This document shows, piece after piece, positions 51,650-64,000 of a stretch of DNA of 64,000 bases. Below the pieces are notes generated by a model. It worked only from the letters and a program-made list of their open reading frames with translations, ran no database searches and had not been told where the DNA came from. The position numbers were made by a program, and so were the translations under genes. The stretch spans positions 69,814,001-69,878,000 of the forward strand of contig CM052816.1 in NCBI GenBank assembly GCA_028534125.1. Reading direction: 5' to 3'. Within the stretch, counting starts at the first letter, position 1, and every line of letters starts with the position of its first letter. This DNA comes from Lama glama. Its lineage: Eukaryota.

Positions 51650-51845
51650 ATCACAGTAGCACTGGTTTAAAACATGCTCTGTTTTTAAGTGTTTAGGCAA
51701 ATTACTGAACCTCTAGGAAACTTGGTTTGCTCGTCTGGAAAATTGGGGGATCTTGCAGAGATATTGCGAGGGTAAAGACCACACATATATAACCACAGAA
51801 TAATGCTTGCCACACAGTAGGTCCTCAGTATCGATAGCCATTTGT
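51650..51845 (+). mobile_element. MIR SINE
   Basis: taggcaaattactgaacctct...ggtttgctcgtctggaaaattgggg...tgcttgccacacagtagg. Confidence 0.65.
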
Positions 51846-52589
51846 AACAGTAGCGTGGAAATCATTTTTCCCTTCTACTTCAGTGCACGGTACATAAAGC
51901 TGGTAATTAATGAGATCATAGGAGCCTGGACATTTAGAAGCTATGTTTGGAGGCTGATGCCAGGCTTCACACAGAATTTGGTGGGTCCTAGGGGCCAGCT
52001 TATTTTAGAAAGGTTATCTTGTCCCAGCGCTTTTCTAAGACTGACAGCAAATTAAAATCTATAGTTGCAAGGATTTGATTATGGAATAATTTCATTTTCA
52101 ATATTTAAAAGATTCACTAGAGTTGTTTGTTTGTAAATGACAAGCCCCTCCCCAAAGGTGCATTACAATTTTAATATGATTTTATTTAGAGACTGTCAGG
52201 GGGCCCATGCAGTTCTTAGGATACACCTGTCGTCTTTGAAAGCTGTGATTGTGTAGAGTGAAGTTCATAAAGACCTAAGGGGTCAAAGTGGGAAAACAGC
52301 TTCAGAGGCATGTGTAGCAAAATTCCTTTTATCCTTGTGTTTCCCTGCAGAAGAATGACTGGGCCTATCAAATTATATAGGTTCTTGTCCAGTGCATCTT
52401 GTGTTTAATGCAGTGCTCTGGCAGAGTGACTCTCAGCTTCTTCAATGGGTAACGCTAGTTTACAGTTAGACTTCTCTCCATTAAATCATAGAACTGCCGA
52501 ATATGGAGTCGGAAGCGAACAGAGAACTCCAGCCTAACATCCACTAGCCTAACATCCTCATTTTATAAATCAGAAAGCTGACAGTGAGG

Positions 52590-52946
52590 CATTATGTTCT
52601 TTGTTCACTATTACTTGTTTCCTCTTCACCCTCACCCTGCCTCATTGCCTACGGACTTGGCCACGTGGCCTGCGTTGGCCAATGGAATGTAGGTGGAGAT
52701 GGCATTTCCTTCAGAGCAGAAATGTTGGCTGCAACTGCACGGCTTGGCTGGAGTCGTCTTGTTTCAGTCCTCCTGGTGAGAACAGTGTCCTGGCTGCACC
52801 GTCGGTTTGGGTTTGGGAATGAAGCAGAGCTGATGCCAATCTACATCTCTTCTGTAACGTGAGCAAGAAATCATTGTTTGACTAAACCTCTGCAACATTA
52901 GGGTTGCTTGTTTTATAGCATAACCTAGTGAGTGATGACTGATACA
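52590..52946 (+). mobile_element. MLT1 (H/I/J-like) MaLR LTR, apparently inserted in a minus-strand MIR
   Basis: ttggccacgtggcctgcgttggccaatggaatgt...gtgagcaagaaat...agcataacctag...tgactgataca. Confidence 0.75.
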
Positions 52947-53269
52947 AGGGCCTGGAATGTTGAAGTGATCCACCCAAAGTCACACAGACACTTTGTTACC
53001 CAGCCTGGGCTAGAACACATGGATTCTGATGAGAAGTCTACTGTACTTCAGCTTACCCAGTGTACCCCCAGAACCTGGTAATGTTTGGCACAAGATGAGT
53101 ACTCAGTAAGTATGTGTTCGTATAAATGAATCAAGGAATGAAGGAAGGAAATAACTGAAAGTCCTGGTGAGCCACTTCACCATGTGGAACAGTATCTCTT
53201 TTAGTACTTGTATTATTACTAATACCAAGCATCTGGGGAGGGGAGCGCCAGCTGAGGGTCTGGTGTGTG

Positions 53270-53440
53270 CTAGGTGTTCAAAAAGCATCATGTCTAGTTA
53301 TCAGGCACCCGTAAGGCAGGTATTTTTTAGTCTTATTAGTAAACCAGCAAACGGAGGCTCAGAGAGATTAGGTAACTTGTCCAGTCACAGAACTAGTGAC
53401 AAACAGAAACAACTCGATTCGTTCTAACTCCACAGCCGTG
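53270..53440 (-). mobile_element. MIR SINE
   Basis: aaacggaggctcagagagattaggtaacttgtccagtcacagaactagt. Confidence 0.7.
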
Positions 53441-54021
53441 GTTCCACTGCTTCACAGTCTTGCTGCTGGAGATAGAAATTACAATTTGGGTCATTTACAG
53501 ACAATTGACATGTGCACCTTGTGTTAAGGCAGGGCCTGCAAGGGCCTCACGCAGCATGTGGTAGCCACCAGTCTCCCAGGAGCAGGTTGCCCGTGGGCCT
53601 GAGATGCTGGTTCTCTTAGTCCTCAGGGTGCGAGGATGGTGTGTGGCCGGGGGCCAGCCCCCTTTGGTGAAGAGCGGCCTCATCAGATTACCGCTGGATG
53701 CGATGAAAATACTGTTTTTATAGGTACCAAGACACGAACAAGTTAGAGAAGCCCTGTGTGAGAATTGGTGGTTCCAGGTCAATCTAGCTGCTCTGTGAGT
53801 GCATAGCTTTTAGAAAACTTCGTCAGCCAAACTTCTAATGGGCCCTGCTTTACTGTTTTGTCACCCGCAGTTTCCATTTGTCCTGACTCTTTTCTCATTT
53901 CTTTCCTTTAATTGAAATTGTCTGTGAATCCTTTGTGGAATGGGTCAAAGAATAGATGGATAGATGGATGGGTGAACTGCCAAGCAGTTGAGGCAAGTTT
54001 TGATTGAAATTAAAATGAGCT

Positions 54022-54476
54022 TCTTTAGGTGGAAACAATCCAAATGTCCATTGACAGGTGAACGGAGAAACAAAGTGTGGTGCACACAGAGCGCAATGTG
54101 ATTCAGCCTTAAAGAAGGAGGCAATCCCATCACACGCCACAACACAGATGAACACTGAGGACATTGTGTTAAGTGGAATAAGCCAGTCACAGACAGACAA
54201 ATGCTGCAAGACACCACTTACATGACGTTATCTAGGGTAAAGTCACAGAGTCAGGAAGTAGAATGGCTGTTGCCAGGGTTTGGTGGGGAAGGGGGAGTGA
54301 AATTTACTGTTTAATAAGTACAGAGTTTCAGTTTTGCAAGATGAAAAAGTTCTGGAGATTGGTTTGTACAACAATGTGAGTATACTTAACATTCCTGAAC
54401 TGCATGCTTAAAAATGGTTAAGAAGGTAAATGTTACATTGTGTGTACTTTATCACAATTTTTAAGAAAGAGTATAC
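54022..54476 (+). mobile_element. L1MB-like 3' end
   Basis: gtacagagtttcagttttgcaagatgaaaaagttctggagat; direct repeat aattaaaatgagct at 54008-54021 and 54477-54490. Confidence 0.9.
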
Positions 54477-54636
54477 AATTAAAATGAGCTGACTTACTCT
54501 GCACAGAGGCTTTGGTTATGCTGTTTCCCGCTGTGATGCTGCTGTGGTTTGGAAGTGTGGGAGAGCACACCATCTGACAGCTAAATGGCTTCTTATATAG
54601 ACTCACAGAATCCTTAGGGACATCGTGTCCTCTGAC

Positions 54637-55710
54637 CAGGGCTGGCTACATAATTTACAGAGTCCAGTGCAATATGAAAATGCAGGCCTCTTTGTTCAAA
54701 AAGTAATGCCACTAATGGTACTAAATAGGAAACTTTTTCTTTCTTCTGTGAACTCTCAAATTGTCATAGGATTTTTTGTTTGGTTTTGCTTTGTTTGCTT
54801 GTTTTTGAGGTTTGTTTTTGCTACTTACTATCATACTAGGTAAAGAAAAATTACAAATTAAAGTATTACCAGTAATTTTAAATTGTGCAATGCCAGTTTT
54901 AAGTGTGAATATTAGAGCATTTAACTTGTATGCGGAATGGCAAAAATTACACTTCAGTGTCCATAGCTTGCACACACATTCACATTTCATTCTCACCAGA
55001 ATAGTGGAACCTGCAAAAAAACTAACTCATCCGCTTCTGTTTCACTTTTTGATACACACACATTCTACCAACACTGCTTTCAGCTCACCAATGAGTAAAG
55101 GACTTTAAAACAGTTTTAAAGAAGGACATTGATGAGTAGAGGAAACAAAACTATGGGTGGCCCTACCCTTCTCTTTCCTTCTCTTTTCCATCATTTTCAG
55201 CATAAGTGGTCAGCTAAGTGAGGGGAGTAGCACAAGAGACAAAGGACATGATGGGGTTCCTTGGTTCATGTTCCCTAAATGTCATCGCCTTCCTTCTGTG
55301 TTCTAACTGAGTTTCAACAGAAAGCCTGTCCTCTTGGGTTGTCAGTGCCTCTGCTTACTCAGTTACAGAGGTAACACACTTGCCTTGTACTCTGTTTGCC
55401 TCTCATCGAACTCCTGTGCATTTTGGTTCTCCTGGAATTCTGTGCTCATAGAGCCTCTCGAATGTCCTGTGCACAGGGGGAGGCAAGGGGAGAAAGGACA
55501 GTGGACAAAGATACTGCATGTATGTGCGTGTGTCCTTCCATTGTGCGTATGGTCCATTATTCCATTGGAATTCACTTACAAAACACACGTTCCAAGATAA
55601 AATTATTAGGAACTTCAAGACAGTGATAGAGCATAAACCAAGTGCAGGACCCTTCAGCTTGTCGGGCTCTGTGTGACCAATGAGTTCATACGCCCATGAA
55701 GCCTGCCCTG
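54637..55710 (-). mobile_element. Full-length MER45B-like (hAT-Tip100) element
   Basis: Terminal inverted repeats CAGGGCTGGCT / AGCCTGCCCTG; 8-bp TSD cctctgac (54629) vs tctctgac (55711). Confidence 0.88.
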
Positions 55711-55739
55711 TCTCTGACTCCATCCCTTCCCTTCCATTC

Positions 55740-56200
55740 CCATGGCCACCATTCTAATTCCAACTCTCCTTACTCACAACTCAAGGATCGACAAATTTTA
55801 AAATTGGTTTCCTGATTCTCGTTGCCTTCTCTTCTAACTCATCCAGTAAAATATTGCCAGTGTAACTTCCTGAAAGCAATACTTCCATGCATCACCTCAC
55901 TTCAGTCCTTCCGTGGTGCCTCAGTGCCTATCAGGCTTAAATTCCTCATCAAAAAATTGAAGGCCTTCCCCATTCTGGCCTTATGGCAACTTTTGACTTT
56001 TCTTCCCCCTGCACTCTTGACCTCCATCCAGATTCACCCAGTCAAGCTTAGCAAAAGGATCGCCAAAAGCATTGCTCACAGCAAGTCTTTGTCAATACCA
56101 CTCCCTCTGTCAATAAATTCAGTCTCTATTGAAATCCAGTCCATTCCTCAAAGCCAGGTTTTCCCTCCTCTGTGAAGCACTCCCTGCCCATCCCACAGCG
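55740..56200 (+). mobile_element. L2 LINE fragment
   Basis: Pyrimidine-rich L2-like segments, e.g. ttcctcctctgtgaagcactccctg; weak. Confidence 0.5.
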
Positions 56201-56217
56201 ATGTCATCCTAACTACT

Positions 56218-56666
56218 TGTGGTTGGCTGGTTGGCTGAATAACGGCCACCCAGACATACCAAGTCCTACTCCCCGGAACCTGTAATGTTACCTGTAAGGA
56301 AAAGCGATCTTTGCAGATGTAATTAGGTGAAAGATCGTGAAGTGGGACTATCCAGATGGGCCCTATATTCATAAAGTGCTTTTATAGGAGAGAGGCAGAG
56401 AGATGACACACACAGAAGAAGGGGAGGTGATGTGAAGGTGGAGGCAGAGTTTGGAGAGATGCGGCCACCAACGGCTGAGGAGGCAAGGAACAAATTCTCC
56501 CCAGAGCCTCCAGAGGGAGTAAGAGTGGCCCTGCCAACACCTTGATTTTGGTCCAGTAAATCTAATGTTGAATTTCTGGCCTCCGGAACAGTGAGAGAAT
56601 ACATTTCTGTTGTTAAGCCATCAGGTTTGTGGTAATTTGTTATAGCACCACATGAAACAAATATAC
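56218..56666 (+). mobile_element. MLT1C/D-like MaLR solo LTR
   Basis: TGTGG start, ctttgcagatgtaatta, ttctccccagagcctccagaggga, tttgtggtaatttgttatagc. Confidence 0.9.
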
Positions 56667-56844
56667 TGTTCTAACGCTCATCACAACCTACACAGCTTGG
56701 TAGTACTCACCCATTTTTAAACATTACTTTTGTTCTTCTACAAAAACCATAAATCCCTCAGAGCGCAGGCTTATGTCTCTAATTTACTGGCTTTTCTATA
56801 GTACTTTACACAGCACACTGCCTTTGATGCTCAATAAATGCTTT

Positions 56845-58075
56845 TTATGGTTAGGTTTGTTGAGGTATAATTTACATATTTTAATATTCACTCTTTAAAG
56901 TATGCATTTCAATGAGCTTTGTAAATGCATCATATAGCGGTGCAACTGCCACCACCATCAACGTCTAGAACATTGCCTTCACCTCAGGAGGTTCCTTTGC
57001 GCCCTTTACAGTTAATTTCTTTCCCTACCCCTAGCTCCTGGCAACCACGAATTGGATTTCTATCTGTATTTTTGCCTTTTCCAGAATGTCATCTAAATGG
57101 AACCAAACAGTATGTAGCATTTTGTGTCTTGCTTCTTTCATTTAGCATAATGCAAAATTCACCCATATTGTTGTATGTATCAGTAATGTATTTCTGTTGT
57201 GTGGATGAACCATAGTTTGCTTAACTGTTCACTAGCTGATGGGCATTTAGGCATTTCCAGTTTGGAGCTATTCTAAACAAGGCTGATATAAGCATTTGTG
57301 AACAGGTCTTTGCTATAAACGTTAACATACGGATTATGTGGATTCATGTTTTCATTTCTCCTGGATAAATGCCCAGGAGTAAGATTGCTGGGTTGTATGC
57401 TAAGTGTATATTTAACTTTATAAGAAACTGCTTAAGTGTTTTCCGAAATAGCTGTATCATTTTGGTATTCCCACCAACAAACTAGATTTCTGGTTTCACT
57501 GCTTCTTGCCAGAACTTGGTATTATCAGTCTTTTTAATTTAATTTTTGCTATTCCAGTAGGTATCTTGTGATATCTCACTGATATTTAAATTTGCATTTC
57601 TCTTCAAACAAACATTAAGCATCTTTTATTGTGTTTATTTGCCACGGGAATGTCCTCATTGATAAAGTATACAGTTCTTTTACCTATTTTTTTAAAACGT
57701 TGGATTGTCTTAAATTATTAAGTATATATGTATGTATTTGTATGTGTGTGTGTGTACACACACATACAAAGAGAGACAGTCTCTGAAATTAATTAATTAA
57801 TTAATAATCCAGATATATCCTTTATCAACTATGTTTCATAAATATTTTCTCCCAGTCTGTGGCTTATATTTTTGTTTTCTCAACAGTATGTTTTAAAGAG
57901 CAGACATTTAAAATTTTGATGAAGTCCAACTTACCAATATTTTCTTTCCTTTTACTTATACAAGAAACTTTCCCTAACCCAGATCATAAAGATTTTTCTT
58001 CTATATTTTCTTCTAGGTAGTTTATAATTTTAGCTCTAGCATTTAGATCTGTGATCCATTTCTACTTAGTTTTTG
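56845..58075 (-). mobile_element. Old L1 (L1MB/ME-like) 3' region
   Basis: ttgaggtataatttacata...tttgccttttccagaatgtcat...aatattttctcccagtctgtggctt. Confidence 0.85.
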
Positions 58076-58287
58076 CAGGAGACACTTATTATTTGATGTG
58101 TAGCTATGTTGCCCAGAATACAACCATTGGGAATCTAACTCAGGAATAAAAAGACATATGTCATAGAATGAAGACCAGGACCCTTCAGGAAAGTTTGGAA
58201 TTGTTTCTTAAAGGCCCTGAATAAGAACATATACCTTTTTTTTTTTTTTCAATTAGCACAACTTTGCTATTGAAAGGTTTCTGTTTC

Positions 58288-61037
58288 TTCCCAAAGTCAT
58301 TCTGTGAAACCATCATCACCCTGATACCATAACCAGACAAAGACACTACCAAAAAAGAAAGCTGCAGGTCAATATTTTTGATAAATATAGGTGTAAAAAT
58401 CCTCAACAAAATATTAGCAAACCAAAAAAGGATCATACACTATGATCAAACTGAATTTATGCCAGGGTCACAAGGATGGTTCAACATATGCAAGTCAATC
58501 AAAAACAAAAATCACATGATCATCTCAATAGTTATAGAAAGAGGCATTTGATAAAATTCAACATCCATTCATGAATAAAAAAAAAAAACTCTTGTCAAAG
58601 TGGGTTTAGAAGAACATATCTCAACATAAGAAAAGCTATTTATGACAAACTCATAGTCAACATAATACTCAGTAGTAAAAAGTTGAAAAGCTTCCCACTA
58701 AATTCTGGAATAAGACAAGGATGCCCACTCTTACCACTTCTATTCAACATAGTATTGGAAGTCCTAGCCACAGCAATCAAACAAGAAAAAGAAATAAAAG
58801 GTATCCAAATCAAAAGGGAAGGGGTTAAATTGTCATTATATGCAGATAACATGATACTCTAAACAAAAAACTAGAGACTCCACACAAAAACTACTAGAAC
58901 TGATGAATGAATTCAGCAAGGTAGTAGGGTACAAGATTAATATACAGAGATCTGTTGCATTTCTTTACACTAACAATGAAATATCAGAAAGAGAAAGTAA
59001 AGAAAAAAAAAAATTTAAGTGTCACCAAAAAAATATCTAGGAATAAATCAAACCAAGGTGGTGAAAGACTTATACGTTGAGAACTATAAAATATTGATAA
59101 AGGAAATTGAGGATGATTCAAAGAAATGGAAAGATATCCCATGCTCTTGGATTGAAAGAATTAATATAGTTAAAATAACTATACTACCCAAAGCAATCTA
59201 TAGATTTAATGCAATCCCTATCAAATTACCCATAACATTTTTCACAGAACTAGAACAAATAATCCTAAAAGTTATATGGAACCACAAAAGACCCAGAACT
59301 GCCAAAGCAATCCTGAGGAAAAAGAACAAAGCTGGAGGCCTAACCCTCCCAGACTTCTGACAATACTACAAACTACAGTAATCAAAACAGTGTGGTATTG
59401 GCACACACACAAAAAAAAGACGTATAGATCAATGGAACAGAATAGAGAGCCTAGAAATAAGCCCACACACCTACAGTCAATTAATCTTTGACAAAGTAGA
59501 TAAGAATATACAATGGAGAAAAGACAGTCTCTTCAGCAAGTGATGTTGGGAAAGCTGGACAGTAGTGTGTAAATCAATGAAGGTAGAACACTCCGTCATG
59601 CCATACACAAAAATAAACTCAAAATGGCTTATAGTCTTAAATATAAGATGTAAAACTCCTAGAAGAGAACACAGGCAAAACATTCTCTGACATAAATCAT
59701 AGCAAAAATTTCAGATCAGTCTCCCAAGACAATAGAAATGGAAGCAAAAATAAATAAATGGAACCTAATCAAACTTAGAAGCTTTTGTATAGCAAAGGAA
59801 ACCATAAACAAAATGAAAAGACAACCTACAGAATGGGAGAAAATGTCTACAAATGTGACCGACGAGGGATTAACTTCCAAAATACATGAACAGCTCATAC
59901 AATTCAATAACAACAACAAAAACCCAATCAAAAAATGGGCAAAAGTAGCACAGGGAAATATATACAAGATATTTTGGTAGCAGACAGAGAAAAAAATGTG
60001 ACAATGAATATATATATGTTCAAGTGTAACTGAAAAATTGTGCTCTACACTGGAATTTGACACAACATTGTAAAATGATTATAAATCAATAAAAAATGTT
60101 AAAAAAAATGGGCAAAATACCTAAATAGACATTTCTCCAAAGAAGACATGCAGATGACCAACAGGCACATGAAAAGATGCTCAACATTGCCAGTTATTAG
60201 AGAAATGCAAATCAAAACTACAATGAGGTGTCATCTCACACCAGTCAGAATAGCCATCATCAAAAAGTCTACAAATAAAAGCTGGAGAGGGTATGGAGAA
60301 AAGGAAACACTTCTACAGTGTTAATGGGAATGCAAATTGGTGCAGCCACTATGGAAAACAGTATGGAGGTTCCTTAAAAAAACTAAAAATAGAAATACCA
60401 TATGAACCAGCAATTCCACTCCTAGGCATATATCCACAGAAAACTCTAATTTGAAAAGGCACATGCACCCCAATGTTCATAGTGGCACTATTTACAATAG
60501 CCAAGACATGGAAGCAACCTAAGTATCCATCAACAGATGATTGGATAAAGAAGATGTGGTAGATAGAGATATAGATATATACAATGAAATATTACTCAGC
60601 CATGAAAATGAGTGAACCCGAAATAATGCCATTTGCAGTAACATGGATGGACCTAGAGATTATCATATTAAGTGAAGTAAGTCAGATAGTGAAAGAAAAA
60701 TATATATCACTTATATGTGGAATCTAAAAAATAGTACAATGAAGTTTTTTACAGAACAGATACAGACTCATAGACTTAGAACACAAAATTTTCTTTTGGT
60801 TACCAAAGGAGGAGGGGAGAGGGATAAATGGGAGTATTAGATTAACAGATGCACACTAACATATATAAAATAGGTAAACAATAAGCACAGGGAACTATAT
60901 TCTGTATCTGGTAATAAACTATAATGGAAAAGAATAGAAAAAAGAATATAGACATACATAATGTATAACTGAATCACTTTGCTGTACACCTGAAACTGAC
61001 ACAATATTGTAAATCAACTGTACCTCAATTTAAAAAA
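58288..61037 (+). mobile_element. 5'-truncated LINE-1 (ORF2 RT to 3' end), decayed 15-bp TSD
   Basis: Plus ORFs 59019..59360 ([18 protein letters not shown]) and 59738..59980; A-tail; aaaggtttctgtttc (58273) vs aaagatttgtgtttc (61038), 13/15. Confidence 0.96.
59945..60102 (+). mobile_element. Younger L1 3'-end fragment nested in the older L1, perfect 15-bp TSD
   Basis: aaaaaatgggcaaaa at 59930-59944 and 60103-60117; insert ends with aataaaaaatgtt plus A-run. Confidence 0.9.
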
Positions 61038-61265
61038 AAAGATTTGTGTTTCAGTAAATTTTGAAATTCCAGGTCGCAGATACTATCAAGAGCAAAATCT
61101 TCAAATGGGCTGGCAGATGAAGGGTACCGCTCTGGATGTTCTTGATTAACTTGCTTGATGTTGAGAAAACTCCAAACCTATTTCATTAGCTGTGAAATGG
61201 GTATGATCGTACTTGACATGAAGTTACTTTACAGGCTTGTGTAGTCTGAGTCAGAAACTGTGTAG

Positions 61266-61620
61266 AGGGTCCACAGGGCTCCCCCAATTTAATTGCAATT
61301 ATTGCTAATTATACTAATTCTCAATGAAAATTGCTGCCAGAAAGCTTGCCCATGACGTCAGTAATAAAGGGTCCATGGACTTGCATGTGTTGTGAGCATA
61401 TTAATTGTAATTATTGCTTTGGCAGCTGCAAAGTCTAACTTCAAAGGTGTTTGTTCCGTTAGTGATTCATTATTTCAAAGTATTCTGGCAATGATGAGTC
61501 TATGTTACAAACCAAAGCCCTCCTGTGATGAAATGTCATTATTTTGTGGGATTTGTGACTCCTCTTTCATGAGAGACAAACTCAACTCATTATGCCCTCA
61601 ACGCATGGCATAGTGGCTTA
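61266..61620. promoter_or_regulatory. Candidate conserved non-coding enhancer (homeodomain TAAT cluster plus CRE)
   Basis: TTAATTG(C/T)AATTATTGCT twice, TGACGTCA at 61353-61360, GTAATAAA, TGATTCATTA. Confidence 0.35.
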
Positions 61621-63215
61621 AAACTGGAGTGGGAGAAAATGATTTCAGTTCAACCACTGGGTTTTTTTTTTCACCCTGGGAGCAGGTGCCTTCCCATAAA
61701 TATTTTCCTGAGATGGAAGTTGCCATGGGAAGTGGGTGGGTGGTCTGGATATCAGACTAAGGGCCTGGCAGTCAGGGGTCTGGATCTATCTTTGTGTCTA
61801 AAGGCCCAGGGCAACGGCAATAAATACACAAGTCCAAAGGAGTGATGTGGCCCTGAGCCTGAACTCAGCAAAAAGATAAAGAGAACTGCCTTCCAGTGAC
61901 TATTGTTAAACACTTAGCACTTTGTATTTGACATGCTTTCAACTTTTACTTACTCTCCACTGCAGCCCTGTAAGTTAGGGCAGAACTCTCACTGTCGGCT
62001 CACCAAGAGAAAAGGAGAAAACAGCCGTTTGGGAGGAGGTAAGAGGGCTTCCCTCCCTGTTGGGCCTTTTCAGCTGGTTTCTGATAACGTTTGAATTATG
62101 AGCTTTTAGGGCTAGGAGGTCCTTGCTCTTTCAGTTAAGTTTCCCCCTCCCCTTAACATTTTAGGATTAAAAATATTCAAAAGTAGAAAGAATATAGTAA
62201 ATATAAAAAGTATAATTAGCTACTATGACTTCATCTTCAATGATTATAAAGCTGTGGCCAATCTAATTTCATCTACCCTGCCACCCACATCCCCTCACCC
62301 TGCTGAATTATTTTAGAGCAAATATCAGATCTGTTTTTCTATCTGTAAATATATTGGTACCTATCTCTGAAAGATGAAGATTTTCTTCTAAGGCATAAAT
62401 CATCACACCTAAAAGAAATCATTATTAATTCCTGGATAACCAGTCAGTTTCCCCCATTATCCCATAAATATTTCTTCCTCAGTTTCTTTATTGGAACCAG
62501 AATACAGGTTAAATTCTAGCAATTTCAGTTGGTTGATGTCTCACAAGCGTTTTTTAATCTAGGGGGTTCCTGACTGTCTTGCTTTTGGTTATTCTTGTCA
62601 TTTATTTGTTTCAGAAACCAAATGATTTTACTTGCAGGATTTTGTCCTGCATTCACTGACTGCATCCCCATAGTATTTTTTTAAATAACTATTTATTCCT
62701 TGTACTCTCTGCAAATGGTGGTTGGATCTAATGATTTGATCAGATTAGGCCTGAATATTTTTTTTTCAAAGAGTACATCATAGTGCTCTATACTTCAGTC
62801 AAAATGCTCATGATTGTCTCCTTTTCATTGGTAGCCTTCAGTACTGTTGCCTAGACCCATTCCTCCACTGGAGTTTCAGAATGGTGATATTCTAGCACAC
62901 ATGAGCTGGAAAACTTCCATAAAGAGAACGTTCCCCAGACCTACCTTTTTGGTTGTCCAGTGATATAGTTTGTATAGGAAAGGCAGAGTCAATGCTTGAT
63001 TCTTTTCTCTATATATCATCAAAGTTTTGAGTTAGGCTTCCCAAGTTAATCCAGTTATGTTTTTTAATTTTTCAAATTTCAGTATGGTTTTATGGATTTA
63101 AACATGTTTGTTTTGCTCTATTGGATCTATTATCATTGTTGATGCTCACATTGTCCGTTATTTGACCAATGGCAGCCCCTTCAAGTTGTCTTCTGAGTCC
63201 TTCTGACGCTGCCAT

Positions 63216-63825
63216 TGTATTAGTTTCCTAGGGCTGTTGTAACAAAGTCTCACATACTCAATGGCTTAAAACAAGAAATAGGGGAGTGGATATAGCTCAG
63301 TGGTAGAGTGCCTGCTCAGCATGCATGAGGTCATGGGTTCAGTCCCCAGTATCTCCATTAAAAGTGAATAAATAAATAAGCCTAATCTCCCCCCCCCAAA
63401 TTTTTTTTTAAATAACAAGAAATTCATTTTCTCATAGTTCTGAAGAATAGATGTCTGAAATCAAGATGTGGGCAGGGTTGGTTTCTCCTGAGGTGCTGAG
63501 GGACTATCTGTTCCATGCCCCTCTCCTAGCTTCTGGCACTTGCCAGCAATCCTTGGGTTTCTTTGATTTGTAGGTATATCACTCCAGTCTCTGCCTCCGT
63601 CATCACATGCTGTTCACTCCCTGTCTGCAGCAGTATCTAAATTTCCCTCTTTCATACTGATGGCAGTCATTGGATTAGGGGTCTCCCTAATCCAGTATCA
63701 CCTCATTTTTTGCTTGATTACATCTGCAAAGACCTATTTCTAAATAAGGTCATATTCCACAGGTACCAGGAGTTAGGCTTTAAATATATCTTTTGTTTTG
63801 GGGGACAAAAATTCAACATACAACA
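63216..63825 (-). mobile_element. MLT1C-like MaLR solo LTR containing a SINE
   Basis: tgtattagtttcctagggctgttgtaacaaa...gattacatctgcaaagacctatttctaaataaggtca. Confidence 0.9.
63281..63413 (+). mobile_element. tRNA-derived SINE (camelid Vic-1-like)
   Basis: A box tagctcagtgg, B-box-like ggttcagtccc, A-rich tail; TSD aacaagaaat at 63270 and 63414. Confidence 0.92.
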
Positions 63826-64000
63826 ACACCGATAGTCTTTGATAACTTTATTGCTTTCTAGTAAGACAAAACACTGTAGATTCATTCTTTTACATTTCCT
63901 GTTGCAAGCCCAGAATCAACTCTCACTCTTTTAAGTTGGAAATGATATTTAGGGACTACAATCTAAGCACTAGGAGTGTTCATTTTTACTGAGTTGGGCC

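Larger units (their letters stand above)
62140..64000 (-). mobile_element. Old L1 (L1MC-like) 3'UTR, interrupted by an MLT1 LTR
   Basis: tggccaatctaatttcatcta...tctgtaaatatattggtacctatctct...cccttcaagttgtcttctgagtcctt. Confidence 0.65.

Noticed and set aside
57737..57770. 15-bp perfect inverted repeat with 4-nt loop
   Set aside because: Built from adjacent (TG)n/(CA)n microsatellite within an old L1; a common by-product
330..60063. Hydrophobic antisense ORFs such as 330..683, 18798..19001, 58640..58852, 59716..60063
   Set aside because: Known artefact of reading L1 ORF2 on the opposite strand
63281..63356. tRNA-like sequence with A and B boxes
   Set aside because: Has an A-rich tail, a TSD and relatives at 23443 and 27349; it is a SINE, not a tRNA gene

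Overview
Mammalian genomic DNA, most likely camelid (alpaca/camel), inferred from three tRNA-derived SINEs of the Vic-1 type and camelid-style L1 3' ends. The only recognisable protein-like ORFs are broken LINE-1 ORF1/ORF2 pieces; the rest of the ORF track looks like noise. The left ~38 kb is best read as the last intron(s) and a ~6 kb repeat-poor terminal exon/3'UTR (31573 to ~37630) of a plus-strand gene I could not name, preceded by several short splice-site-bounded candidate exons (1734, 7609, 8978) that would give alternative C-termini. The right ~26 kb appears intergenic and is rich in transposons (L1, L2, MIR, MaLR and ERV1 LTRs, hAT elements), many with readable target-site duplications (TSDs). 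The most distinctive observations are an L1 with an internal inversion carrying an 11-bp duplication at both junctions, the candidate alternative C-terminal exon set, an intronic IRF/ETS module followed by a splice donor, and a duplicated homeodomain-motif unit around a perfect CRE. I found no convincing evidence of a wholly new biological system. Repeat family names come from memory of consensus sequences, not from a search, and repeat boundaries without TSDs are approximate.
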